Positions 45,987-54,483 are shown, counted from the first letter of the stretch. The stretch: DNA of 64,000 nt from Verrucomicrobiota bacterium (GCA_049518415.1 JBEKRX010000031.1:2359-66358), one strand, 5' to 3'. The notes: generated by a model from the letters alone, not told the origin. Numbers and translations are program-made.

Positions 45987-47259
45987 GCTGACGGGAATTG
46001 CGCCATACAACCGGGCCCTGTGCGACTTCCTGAACTCGCGCGGGCACCGGGTGCGGATGGTCACCTCGTTTCCCTACTATCCAGCTTGGCAAAAGCGGCC
46101 CGAGGATCGGCGCCGGCTTTACCGCACTGACAACGTGTGGGGCGTGCCAGTCCATCGCTGCTATCATTATGTGCCGGGAGGCCCTACCTCGTTAAAGAGA
46201 ATTCTTCATGAAAGCTCTTTTGTGCTTGCCTCGTTCCTGCGGTTGGTGACGCTCCCGCGTCCGGATGTCTATGTGGTGATTTCGCCGCCGTTGCTCCTGG
46301 GAGCAGCCGCCTGGCTGCTGACGCGGATCAAGCGGGCGCCGTTTGTCTTCCATGTCCAGGACCTCCAGCCTGATGCCGCGTGTGGTTTGGGCATGCTCAA
46401 GCGCGGCCTGTTTACCAGGGCGCTTTATGCCCTGGAAGGCTTTGCTTATCGAAAGGCCGCGCGCGTCTCGGGCATTTGCCGGGGAATGCTCGAGGTGTTT
46501 CAGCGCAAAGGTGTGCCGCCGCGGAAAATTGTCTATTTTCCCAATGGAGTGGAGTTCACGAGCAAGGAGCACCTCCCGCCGCCAGGGCGCTTTCGGGCCC
46601 GGCAGGGCTTTGGCCGCGATGAGTTCCTGGCCGTCTATTCGGGGAATCTCGGCGTGAAGCAGGGCTTGGAGATTTTGATCGAAGCCGCGCCTTTGATCCG
46701 CGACCCCAGGATACGAATCGTCATCTGCGGAGACGGCGCCGAACGAGAAAGGCTGGCGGCGGAAATCAGGCTCCGCCAAATCACCAATGTGCGGCTCATT
46801 CCCTTGCAGCCGGAAGAACGCTATCTGGAGATGCTCACGGATGCCGATCTGTGCCTCATCACCCAAAAGCGGGGCGCTGGCGCCTTTTTCCTCCCGAGCA
46901 AAGTGCTCCGCAGCCTGGCCATGTCCCGGCCAGTACTGGCCGTCGCCGACGAATCGAGCGAACTCACGCGGGCCCTCAGGGCAGGGGGCTTTGGCATTAC
47001 TGTCGAACCGGACGACCCGCGCAGCTTGGCCGGGGCGCTGGAGAACCTGGCGGAAGACAGGCAGCGGCTCCGCCGGTTCGGCGATTCCGGCCGTGAGTTT
47101 GTGAAGCAGTTCGAAATGACCCGCGTCCTCGAGCAGTTTCAGAATGAACTTCAGTGGCTCGTCAAGGGCGAGACGCGCGTTCCCACCTTCCCGGCGCCTC
47201 TCTCGGGGGCCCCTGCTCCGGAACGAAGATCGACGGGCGTCCAGGAGGTCGGCGGGTAG
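45949..47259 (+). CDS. WcaI-family glycosyltransferase
   Basis: MKITIWGINYSPELTGIAPYNRALCDFLNSRGHRVRMVTSFPYYPAWQ is the characteristic WcaI N-terminus. C-terminal GT1 domain. Confidence 0.85.
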   Translation: MKITIWGINYSPELTGIAPYNRALCDFLNSRGHRVRMVTSFPYYPAWQKRPEDRRRLYRTDNVWGVPVHRCYHYVPGGPTSLKRILHESSFVLASFLRLVTLPRPDVYVVISPPLLLGAAAWLLTRIKRAPFVFHVQDLQPDAACGLGMLKRGLFTRALYALEGFAYRKAARVSGICRGMLEVFQRKGVPPRKIVYFPNGVEFTSKEHLPPPGRFRARQGFGRDEFLAVYSGNLGVKQGLEILIEAAPLIRDPRIRIVICGDGAERERLAAEIRLRQITNVRLIPLQPEERYLEMLTDADLCLITQKRGAGAFFLPSKVLRSLAMSRPVLAVADESSELTRALRAGGFGITVEPDDPRSLAGALENLAEDRQRLRRFGDSGREFVKQFEMTRVLEQFQNELQWLVKGETRVPTFPAPLSGAPAPERRSTGVQEVGG

Positions 47260-47288
47260 AGCGCCCGGGCCGCCGCCGCCTTGAAACC

Positions 47289-48866
47289 GTGAACTCCACC
47301 GCATCCAACGGGTTTATTCCCCCCGAAACATCCACGACTGCCGGGCGCTGCTCTGGCCTGCGCGGCTCGGTCCTGATCGCCCTGTGCTGGGTTCCGTTGC
47401 TGAACTTGTTGCGAGTGGACTGGAGCGTCAACCCGGAATACGGTTTTGGTTGGTTTGTGCCCCCAATCGCCGTCGTACTGTTCTGGCTGCGCTGGCGCTG
47501 CCGGCCCGAACCGGAACCTGCCCCTGCCTCGACAGCCGCTATCCTGCTCGCTAGCGTGGCGCTGTTGTGCCTTCTCCCCCTCCGCCTGGTTGAAGAAGCA
47601 AACCCGGACTGGCGGCGGGCCTTTTGGTACCATGGCATCCTATTGTCCCTACTCTCCGCCGGCGTCTTTTGGCATCTGGGGGGCCGGCCCTGGGCAAGGC
47701 ATTTTGCCTTCCCTATCTGTTTCCTGCTCACTTCCGTGCCATGGCCCGTGGGGCTGGAGGTTCTTGTCACCCAGCGGATGATGCGTTACGTAGCTGCTGT
47801 TACGGTGGAAGTCGTCGGGTGGTTGGGGATTCCAGCGGTGCGGAGTGGAAACGTCGTCGAGATCAGTACCGGCCTGGTGGGCATCGACGAGGCTTGCAGC
47901 GGGGTGAGATCCCTCCAAACTTCGGTTATGATCGGGTTTCTCCTGGGCGAAATCTATCGACTGAAAGCCAGTCGGCGGGGTTGGCTTCTCCTGGGCAGTG
48001 TCGTGCTCGCATTCTTCATCAACGTCGGCCGAACTTCCACATTGACCTGGAGCGCCTCGCGCCAGGATTTCGGGCGAATGAATGCATTGCATGACGCCGC
48101 CGGCTTGGCGGAGGTTTTCCTGGCCCTGGCCGGCATTTGGACCCTCGCCATCCTGCTTCGACAAAAGACGCCTGTCCAGCACCAGGCCTTGGCCAGCAGC
48201 ACCGCCACCCGCATCCTGGGAACGCCCGTGCTGGTCGCGGTGTTCGGGTGGCTCTTGTCGGTGGAGGCCATCAATGAAACGTGGTACAGGGCGCACGAAG
48301 CCGAGCCGCTCAAAAACATTCAATGGACAATCAATTCGCGCACCAATTGGCCGGGGTGGCGAAAAGTTCCGATCCCCGAACGGTCTCTTGCCATTCTACG
48401 CTGCTCAGATGCTGCAAGCTACTCCTGGCGGGATGCCAGCGGCGGTGAGTGGAGGCTCAACCACCTCCGCTGGCCACCGAGCAGGAACTCGGCCCACCTG
48501 GCGAAGGGGCACCGTCCGGACATTTGTCTGCCCTCAGCCGGGTGGACTGTGGTCGAGCAGCGGGGGAAGATATCCATTCCTGTGCATGGACTGAACTTCG
48601 CCTTGCAACATGGCGTTTACCAGAAAGGCGGCCAGCCGGCGAACGTCTTCTACGGCCTCTGGGAAAACGATTCCGGCCGTGGCGGCCAGGATCTCCCGGA
48701 AAATAACACCGTGGCCAACCGTTTGTCTGCTGTGCTCCACGGTAAGCGGAATCGCGGCCAGCAAGTCCTGGAAATCCTGATTACCGGCGCCTCCTCTCCG
48801 TTGGAAGCACTCACCGCCCTCCAGGAGACGCTGGGCCAACTCATCGAGCGGCATAAGGATCGGTAA
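47289..48866 (+). CDS. Exosortase fused to an EpsI-family domain
   Basis: Polytopic N-terminal half with exosortase catalytic motifs GIDEACSGVRSLQ (Cys), FINVGRTS (Arg), ALHDAAG (His). The C-terminal half carries the EpsI-type HRPDICLPSAGW. GTG 47289 is the first plausible start after the WcaI stop. Confidence 0.8.
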   Translation: MNSTASNGFIPPETSTTAGRCSGLRGSVLIALCWVPLLNLLRVDWSVNPEYGFGWFVPPIAVVLFWLRWRCRPEPEPAPASTAAILLASVALLCLLPLRLVEEANPDWRRAFWYHGILLSLLSAGVFWHLGGRPWARHFAFPICFLLTSVPWPVGLEVLVTQRMMRYVAAVTVEVVGWLGIPAVRSGNVVEISTGLVGIDEACSGVRSLQTSVMIGFLLGEIYRLKASRRGWLLLGSVVLAFFINVGRTSTLTWSASRQDFGRMNALHDAAGLAEVFLALAGIWTLAILLRQKTPVQHQALASSTATRILGTPVLVAVFGWLLSVEAINETWYRAHEAEPLKNIQWTINSRTNWPGWRKVPIPERSLAILRCSDAASYSWRDASGGEWRLNHLRWPPSRNSAHLAKGHRPDICLPSAGWTVVEQRGKISIPVHGLNFALQHGVYQKGGQPANVFYGLWENDSGRGGQDLPENNTVANRLSAVLHGKRNRGQQVLEILITGASSPLEALTALQETLGQLIERHKDR

Positions 48867-49030
48867 AGGGAAGCCTTTGGATCCCCAGCGTGGGCTGCCT
48901 GGGGGAGGGGACCTTTTGCCTGCAGGCGATAGCCTGGACGGTTTCGCAAGGCGATCTCCGTCATCGGCCCAGCGAGCCCGGAAGAGGCGGTGCGCGTGCT
49001 CCGGAAGGAGTTGGAGAAACTGATTGTTTT

Positions 49031-50695
49031 ATGAAAAAGCTCTTCATTGTCATCCTGTCCTTGTGCGTGATCTTCGTGACCGGCTTTGCCGGTTACCGCG
49101 GTTACAAGATCTGGAGACAGAAGCATTTTGTGAAAATGGCGCGGGCCTTCATTGTGAAGGGCGACGCCGCCAATGCGGTGCTCTGCCTGCGCCAGGCGCT
49201 GGCGTCCAACCGCAACAACCTGGAGGCCTGCCGCCTGATGGCTGACTTCGCGGAATTGGCCGGTTCGCCCCAGGCGGTGCTCTGGCGCAGCCGGGTCGTG
49301 GATTTGGAACCGAACTCGCTGACCAACCGGCTGGCCCTGGCAAGGACCGCGCTGGCCGCCGGCGACGCCGACCTCGCCAACAAAACGCTGGACGGTGTGG
49401 ACGAGGCCGGCAAGAAAACGGCCGTGTTTCAGAGGGTGGCCGGCGCGGCGGATCTCGCGGCCAGACGGTTCTCGGAGGCCGAAACACATTTCTCCGAGGC
49501 CGCGCGCCTGGAACCGGCCAACCCCGTCTCGCAGTTGAACCTCGCCACGCTCCGCCTCAGCAAGAGCGATCCGGCGGCGTCAACTGAGGGGCGGGCGGTG
49601 TTGCAGGCGCTCTGCACCAACCTGGCGGTCCGCTGTGATGCCCAGCGCCAACTCACCCGGGACGCCTTGCGGCACACGAACTTGCCCGGCGCATTCGCCT
49701 TTTCCCAGGAGTTGCTCAAGGATACCAACTCGGTCTTCGCCGACCGGATGCTGCACCTGGATATTCTGCGCGCGACGACCAATGCCCAGCAGGAGAGTCT
49801 CCTGTCCGCGTTGCAAAAGGAGTCGGTCAACAACCCGGCCAAGGCCTCCGAGGTGGCCAAGTGGATGTTGAGGACGACCGGCAAGCCGGAGGCGGCGCTG
49901 GCCTGGATGGGCGCCCTCCCGCCTGCGACCCGCACCAACCTGCCCGTGCCAATGATCCAGGCGGACTGTTACATCGCCCAGAAGAATTGGACCGCTCTCC
50001 AAACCAATTTGGCGCAACAGAACTGGTCCGACCTGGATTGCCTGCGGCTGGCCTGCCGCGCCCGCGCCTTCAAGGAACAGAACATGACCGCTACGGCCAA
50101 AACGGAGTGGACCGCGGCGATGAAAGCGACCGGGAACCGCCGCGAGCTCCTGGTCCAACTCCTGAACACGACCGGCTTATGGAACTGGCCGCAGCAGCAG
50201 GAGGATGTGCTTTGGGCCATCGTCAATACCTACCCCAGGGAGAGTTCCGCGGTCCGGGTGTTGTCGAGCCGGCTCTATGCGGCCGGCAGGACCCGCTCGT
50301 TGCTGACGCTTTATGGCGTCGCGCTGCAAAATGACCCGGGCAACCCCGGCCTGATGAACAACCTGGCGATGACTGCCCTCCTGCTGGAGTCGTGGGATAA
50401 AAAGCCGCACGACCTGGCACGCGAAGCCTACGCCAAGGCGTCCACGAACGCGGCCTTCGTCTCCACTTACGCCTATTCCCTGCTGGTGCAGCAGAAGCCG
50501 GCGGAGGCGCTGAAGACGATCGAGCAGCTCAGCCCGCAGCAACTGGAGGATCCCGGCATCGCTGCTTATTATGGCTTGATCCTGAAGGGCGCCGGCAACG
50601 CGCCGAAGGCCAAATCATACCTGGACCTCGCCTCGAAGGCCAGGTTGCTGCCCGAGGAGCAGAAGCTCGTCGAAAAAGCCCGCAGAGGAACCTGA
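49031..50695 (+). CDS. TPR-repeat protein following the exosortase (PrsT-like context)
   Basis: MKKLFIVILSLCVIFVTGFAGY anchor and TPR-like helices throughout. Any PrsT relationship is inferred from position only. Confidence 0.7.
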   Translation: MKKLFIVILSLCVIFVTGFAGYRGYKIWRQKHFVKMARAFIVKGDAANAVLCLRQALASNRNNLEACRLMADFAELAGSPQAVLWRSRVVDLEPNSLTNRLALARTALAAGDADLANKTLDGVDEAGKKTAVFQRVAGAADLAARRFSEAETHFSEAARLEPANPVSQLNLATLRLSKSDPAASTEGRAVLQALCTNLAVRCDAQRQLTRDALRHTNLPGAFAFSQELLKDTNSVFADRMLHLDILRATTNAQQESLLSALQKESVNNPAKASEVAKWMLRTTGKPEAALAWMGALPPATRTNLPVPMIQADCYIAQKNWTALQTNLAQQNWSDLDCLRLACRARAFKEQNMTATAKTEWTAAMKATGNRRELLVQLLNTTGLWNWPQQQEDVLWAIVNTYPRESSAVRVLSSRLYAAGRTRSLLTLYGVALQNDPGNPGLMNNLAMTALLLESWDKKPHDLAREAYAKASTNAAFVSTYAYSLLVQQKPAEALKTIEQLSPQQLEDPGIAAYYGLILKGAGNAPKAKSYLDLASKARLLPEEQKLVEKARRGT

Positions 50696-50726
50696 TCCGT
50701 AGGGCGGGGCAACCATCGAACCGCAA

Positions 50727-50771
50727 AAGAGCCCTGAGGGCCGCCGCGCTCTCAGGGCTCTTGCGTTTATT
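50727..50771 (+). terminator. Terminator-like hairpin after the TPR gene
   Basis: aagagccctgag-N12-ctcagggctctt followed by gcgtttatt (weak U-tract). Confidence 0.4.
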
Positions 50772-50780
50772 CGGCGAGCT

Positions 50781-50873
50781 GCAGCCGAAGAAGGAACCGC
50801 AGAATACGCTGAATACGCGGAAAGGCAGATGGCGGAGTTCTGAATTCTGCATATTCGGCGTATTCTGCGGTTC
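50781..50873 (+). repeat. 9-mer palindromic element, copy B
   Basis: gaaccgcagaatacgctgaatacgcgg ... ctgcatattcggcgtattctgcggttc. The outer 16 bp are perfectly complementary. Confidence 0.9.
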
Positions 50874-50946
50874 ACTCCCCCGCCCCACCCAACCCACAGG
50901 CATCCCTATCTGTGGCATGTGTCCAGTCGGTGGCCTGCGGAATCTC

Positions 50947-50985
50947 TGTCTGAATTGTGATCTAAGATGTCCGATTGCTAGATAG
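50947..50985 (+). promoter_or_regulatory. PEP-CTERM upstream element, orphan copy C1
   Basis: tgtctgaattgtgatctaagatgtccgattgctagatag. No gene follows it. Confidence 0.45.
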
Positions 50986-51126
50986 TTTGTGGTGGCGGGT
51001 TGCCGCGGCCTGCCGTCATCACAGGCCGCGCGCTTCCAGCTTCCAGCAGCACCACCATCCCCTGTGCCCCGCTCGCGAACAAAGGGGAACTGATCCCTGT
51101 AGCCGGGCCAACCATCGAACCGCACA

Positions 51127-51171
51127 AGAGCCCTGAGGGCCGCCGCGCTCTCAGGGCTCTTGCGTTTACTC
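51127..51171 (+). terminator. Terminator-like hairpin (duplicate of 50727-50771)
   Basis: Same stem, followed by gcgtttact. Confidence 0.3.
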
Positions 51172-51179
51172 GGCCGAGC

Positions 51180-51283
51180 CGCAACCGAAGAAGCAACCGC
51201 AGAATACGCTGAATACGCGGAAAGGCAGACGGTCCCGATTCGGAATCGGGAAATTCCGCGTATTCCGCGTGTTCTGCGGTTCG
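51180..51283 (+). repeat. 9-mer palindromic element, copy C
   Basis: ccgcaaccgaagaagcaaccgcagaatacgctgaatacgcggaaaggcaga...ccgcgtattccgcgtgttctgcggttc. Confidence 0.9.
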
Positions 51284-51356
51284 CTCCTCCGCCCCACCCA
51301 ACCCAAAGACATCTCTATCTGTGGCATGTGTGCGGTCGGTGGCCTGCTGAATCTCT

Positions 51357-51397
51357 GTCTGAATTGTGATCTAAGATGTCCGGCGTTTGGATAGACG
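51357..51397 (+). promoter_or_regulatory. PEP-CTERM upstream element C2
   Basis: tgtctgaattgtgatctaagatgtccggcgtttggatagac. 142 nt before ATG 51540. Confidence 0.5.
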
Positions 51398-51539
51398 CGC
51401 ACGCGCGGTTATGGGATAAGTAAATCAGAAATCCTCGGGTTTTGCTCGGGAACGGGGCTGGCTTGGCCCCGCCGAACCGAGAGCGGGCACGAAACAGGCC
51501 GGCGAAATGCCGGCGGCCATTGACAAAACAGTCGAATCT

Positions 51540-52229
51540 ATGAAAAGGGCTTACAAACTGGCGGCAGCGCTTGCTCTCCTGATGAGCGTCGTCTCGGCGC
51601 GGGCGGCTATGTTAGCTAATACGGGAGCCGCTGTTGATGCTGATGGTAGCGACAAAAACTGGACGCTGGCCTCCGTGGTTCCGGGCGACAAGCTGGGCGA
51701 CGATCCATCTGTACCATACGGACTGAGCCTGCCCAATGCCTATGTCGTCAATGACGATGGCAACTTTCCGTTTAACGGCTATTGGCTGCGCAACAGTCTC
51801 GCGTCCAGGTGGATCACTTATGCCGCTCCAATGTACACGGGGGGAGATATAGGCCGCACGTTCGATTACCGACTGGCTTTCACGGCGACGGCGGATGGTG
51901 TCGTCAATTTCCGATGGGCATCAGACAATTCAAGCGAGGTGACACTCGACGGCACCAAAATCGCCAACAATGGCCAACCTAACCCAAATAACTATACGAC
52001 CTTCAACAGTTGGTCATACGGGACATTCAACGTGACGAAAGGCACAGGATACACATTGGACGTCGACGTGTTGAATATCGGCCAGGACTCCGGCAACCCC
52101 ACCGGCATGCGGTTCGAGGTTGTCCCCGAGGCCAGCACGATGTTCGCCGGCGCCGGCGCGCTCGGGCTCGTTCTCCTCGGCCTCGGTGTCCACTCGAAAC
52201 GCTCGGCCGTTCTCCGAATGGGTAAGTAA
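51540..52229 (+). CDS. PEP-CTERM sorting-domain protein 1
   Basis: Signal peptide MKRAYKLAAALALLMSVVSARA. C-terminus VVPEASTMFAGAGALGLVLLGLGVHSKRSAVLRMGK (PEP motif + TM + basic cluster). Confidence 0.85.
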   Translation: MKRAYKLAAALALLMSVVSARAAMLANTGAAVDADGSDKNWTLASVVPGDKLGDDPSVPYGLSLPNAYVVNDDGNFPFNGYWLRNSLASRWITYAAPMYTGGDIGRTFDYRLAFTATADGVVNFRWASDNSSEVTLDGTKIANNGQPNPNNYTTFNSWSYGTFNVTKGTGYTLDVDVLNIGQDSGNPTGMRFEVVPEASTMFAGAGALGLVLLGLGVHSKRSAVLRMGK

Positions 52230-52348
52230 GCCCCTCGCAAAGCAGTTCTTTCCGCTCGACGGGCATGCCCAACGGCCTGCCTGTTTGCTTTTCAGCCTGA
52301 GCCAGGTTCCCGCGTGGCCGGACCCCTTCCCGCCGTTGCTGCGCCTGG

Positions 52349-52443
52349 CCGCAACCGAAGAAGCAACCGCGGAATACGCTGAATACGCGGAAAGGCAGAC
52401 AGCGGAGTTCTGAATTCCGCGTATTCCGCGTGTTCTGCGGTTC
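52349..52443 (+). repeat. 9-mer palindromic element, copy D (between convergent PEP-CTERM genes)
   Basis: ccgcaaccgaagaagcaaccgcggaatacgctgaatacgcggaaaggcagacagcggagttctgaattccgcgtattccgcgtgttctgcggttc. Confidence 0.9.
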
Positions 52444-52471
52444 AGTCCTCCTAACAGGAGCGGGATTGAAA

Positions 52472-52506
52472 GCAAAAATCAGGCAGGCTTTGAGAGCCTG
52501 CCTGAT
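52472..52506 (-). terminator. Rho-independent terminator of PEP-CTERM gene 2
   Basis: The minus strand reads atcaggcaggct-ctcaa-agcctgcctgat followed by ttttt. 35 nt after the stop. Confidence 0.7.
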
Positions 52507-52540
52507 CGATCTGAGAAGCGTGGAGGACCCGGTTACTGAA

Positions 52541-53110
52541 TTATTGTCCGATTCTAATGACCCCTGAGCGCTTGGACCGGAACATGCCCAACAGGACCAA
52601 CCCGAGTGCGCCGATGCCGGCGACCATGGTCGTGGGCTCGGGGACAAGCGTGACGGTTGCCGGCCCAGTATATGTCAACGTGTAACCGACGCCGTTGTCA
52701 TACGCATAGAGACTATAGTTACCGGGGCTGTTGCCCCAGAGATTGATCTCGCGGACGCCTGAGGTCCACAACAGCAGACCATAGGTGGTGAGGTAAGGGT
52801 CCTTGCCGGGGAACAACTGGTTGTCGTATATGAACGCACCAGCTGGGGAGACAGTCGGCGCAGTGCCATTCGGGTTGAAATACAACGAGTAGCTGCCCAC
52901 GACCCCGGCGGTAGTCGAAGCGGTAATGTCGAGGGTGCCGCTGATGGCCGTGTAGCTGCCGTCGTCATTGGGATTGGCCGTCAGTTGGCCGTTGGCAGCG
53001 TTGCCCGACGGATCGGAGTAGGTGAGGTCGAAGACGACCGAGGCCTGAGCCTGAACCGCGAGCCCCAAGGCGCCCGCCAATAATGCTGCTTGTAATGTTT
53101 TTAATCTCAT
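52541..53110 (-). CDS. PEP-CTERM sorting-domain protein 2
   Basis: ATG 53110 gives MRLKTLQAALLAGALGLAVQAQA with the RBS-like gaaaggaagca upstream. C-terminus LVPEPTTMVAGIGALGLVLLGMFRSKRSGVIRIGQ. Confidence 0.85.
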   Translation of the reverse strand: MRLKTLQAALLAGALGLAVQAQASVVFDLTYSDPSGNAANGQLTANPNDDGSYTAISGTLDITASTTAGVVGSYSLYFNPNGTAPTVSPAGAFIYDNQLFPGKDPYLTTYGLLLWTSGVREINLWGNSPGNYSLYAYDNGVGYTLTYTGPATVTLVPEPTTMVAGIGALGLVLLGMFRSKRSGVIRIGQ

Positions 53111-53249
53111 TGCTTCCTTTCTGTTTTTGACCGTCGCGGAAAGCGGCTTCCGGCCAGGCGTGAAAGCCACAAACGTTTCCTGCCCTGCACGCGAGTGGTC
53201 TGGTTATTGTTCATACTGTGGCCCCATTTTGCCACGGCGCGCCATCTGC

Positions 53250-53290
53250 GTCTATCGCATTACCAGACATCTTCGCTCAGTTATCGGACA
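53250..53290 (-). promoter_or_regulatory. PEP-CTERM upstream element C3
   Basis: The sense strand reads tgtccgataactgagcgaagatgtctggtaatgcgatagac. 139 nt before ATG 53110. Confidence 0.5.
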
Positions 53291-53550
53291 CGCAACATTC
53301 CGGCGGCACGGCTGCAGTTCAGTCCCAACTGACGCCTCCCCCGTCCGAAATGTGACAAGTCATGTCCGACTCCTGTCTTATACTGCCCCTGCCCTGTCCG
53401 CCGGTGATAGCCCGCCTGAATGGCCGAAATGTGACTCATGCACCATGTCGTAAATACTCGCGGAATTCGCGCTTGCCTTTGGCTCGTAGTTCCGCTTGTT
53501 CGGCCCACAGGGGACTTCAACCCCGTAGGGTCTGAGTCATGTCCGGCATA

Positions 53551-53582
53551 CAACAAAAAGGCAGGCCAAGCTGGCCTGCCTT
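53551..53582 (-). terminator. Rho-independent terminator of PEP-CTERM gene 3
   Basis: The minus strand reads aaggcaggcca-gct-tggcctgcctt followed by tttgttg. 30 nt after the stop at 53613. Confidence 0.7.
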
Positions 53583-53612
53583 GTGTCGTAATTGACGAGG
53601 TTGGTCTTGGGG

Positions 53613-54329
53613 TTAGTTGCCAATCTTGAGGACGCCAGAGCGGCGGCGCAGTCCGAGCAGAACCAAGCCGAGCGCGCCGATGCCCGCCACCATGGTGGTC
53701 GGCTCGGGAACAATGGCTAACTGGTCCTGGTTGAGGTGATAAGTCACGCCACCAGTTCCTTGCTTATCCGTGGGCGAGGATCCAGGCGGCCCATCGAACA
53801 GGTTCAGAGCCACCACGTTGTATGCACCGCCGGAGTCGCCCACCAATTGTGCATCGGTCATGCCCAACGCTGTTCGTGCTTGCCCCAAGTACGGGTTGGC
53901 CGCGTTGTAATCGACTTCTCCTTCGAGCATCCAGATCGCGGTTTGAAGAACGCCTGCATTCGCCTGGCGATTTACTCCGAAGTAGTTCGCCAGCGTGCCC
54001 GCACGGAACTGGCTGTAAAGCCAAGCGGTGCCAATGGAAATGTTATCCATCGCAATGCCGGTGTTCAGGTCGGTTGTGTCAGCACCCACTCCGCCAGCCA
54101 CAGCGCCGGTGTTTTTGTAGTACTTGTATGTTGCGCCCGGGAGGAACCACTCCTGATCCTCAATACAGAATGTTTGGAAGGTACCGATGGGGCTCACCAC
54201 CCGAAATTCACCCCCCTGGCCGTTTTCATACCCCGACCCATTCACGATGAGCGTTCCGTCATAAGCGGCGAACAGATTGGGGGCGACCATCGCCCCTGCC
54301 AACCCTACTATCAGACATAGCTTTCTCAT
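53613..54329 (-). CDS. PEP-CTERM sorting-domain protein 3
   Basis: Signal peptide MRKLCLIVGLAGAMVAPNLFA. C-terminus IVPEPTTMVAGIGALGLVLLGLRRRSGVLKIGN. Confidence 0.85.
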   Translation of the reverse strand: MRKLCLIVGLAGAMVAPNLFAAYDGTLIVNGSGYENGQGGEFRVVSPIGTFQTFCIEDQEWFLPGATYKYYKNTGAVAGGVGADTTDLNTGIAMDNISIGTAWLYSQFRAGTLANYFGVNRQANAGVLQTAIWMLEGEVDYNAANPYLGQARTALGMTDAQLVGDSGGAYNVVALNLFDGPPGSSPTDKQGTGGVTYHLNQDQLAIVPEPTTMVAGIGALGLVLLGLRRRSGVLKIGN

Positions 54330-54483
54330 TTGCTATCCTTTCTTCTGCTGGCCTTCGCCGAAAGTCATATCTGGTTCGACGTCAGAGCCTGGTAAAACTC
54401 TCTACACAACAAAGGCTGTTCCTGGTTCATTAGGGGTTTTCCCAATGATAACCGGGACTATTTATAGAGCGGTAACGACAATT

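Larger units (their letters stand above)
50690..50988 (+). repeat. Segmental direct repeat, copy 1 (~300 nt)
   Basis: Aligns with 51088-51398 at roughly 85 % identity by eye. It includes the last bases of the TPR gene, a terminator hairpin, a 9-mer element and the PEP-CTERM upstream element. Confidence 0.85.
51088..51398 (+). repeat. Segmental direct repeat, copy 2
   Basis: See 50690-50988. Confidence 0.85.

Noticed and set aside
46192-47304. 370-aa minus-strand ORF
   Set aside because: It is antisense to the WcaI-family GT and is low complexity.
51357-51397. Reading the PEP-CTERM upstream element as a sigma-54 promoter (PEP-CTERM systems are often PrsR/sigma-54 linked)
   Set aside because: There is no GG-N10-GC arrangement matching TGGCAC-N5-TTGCW in any of the copies.
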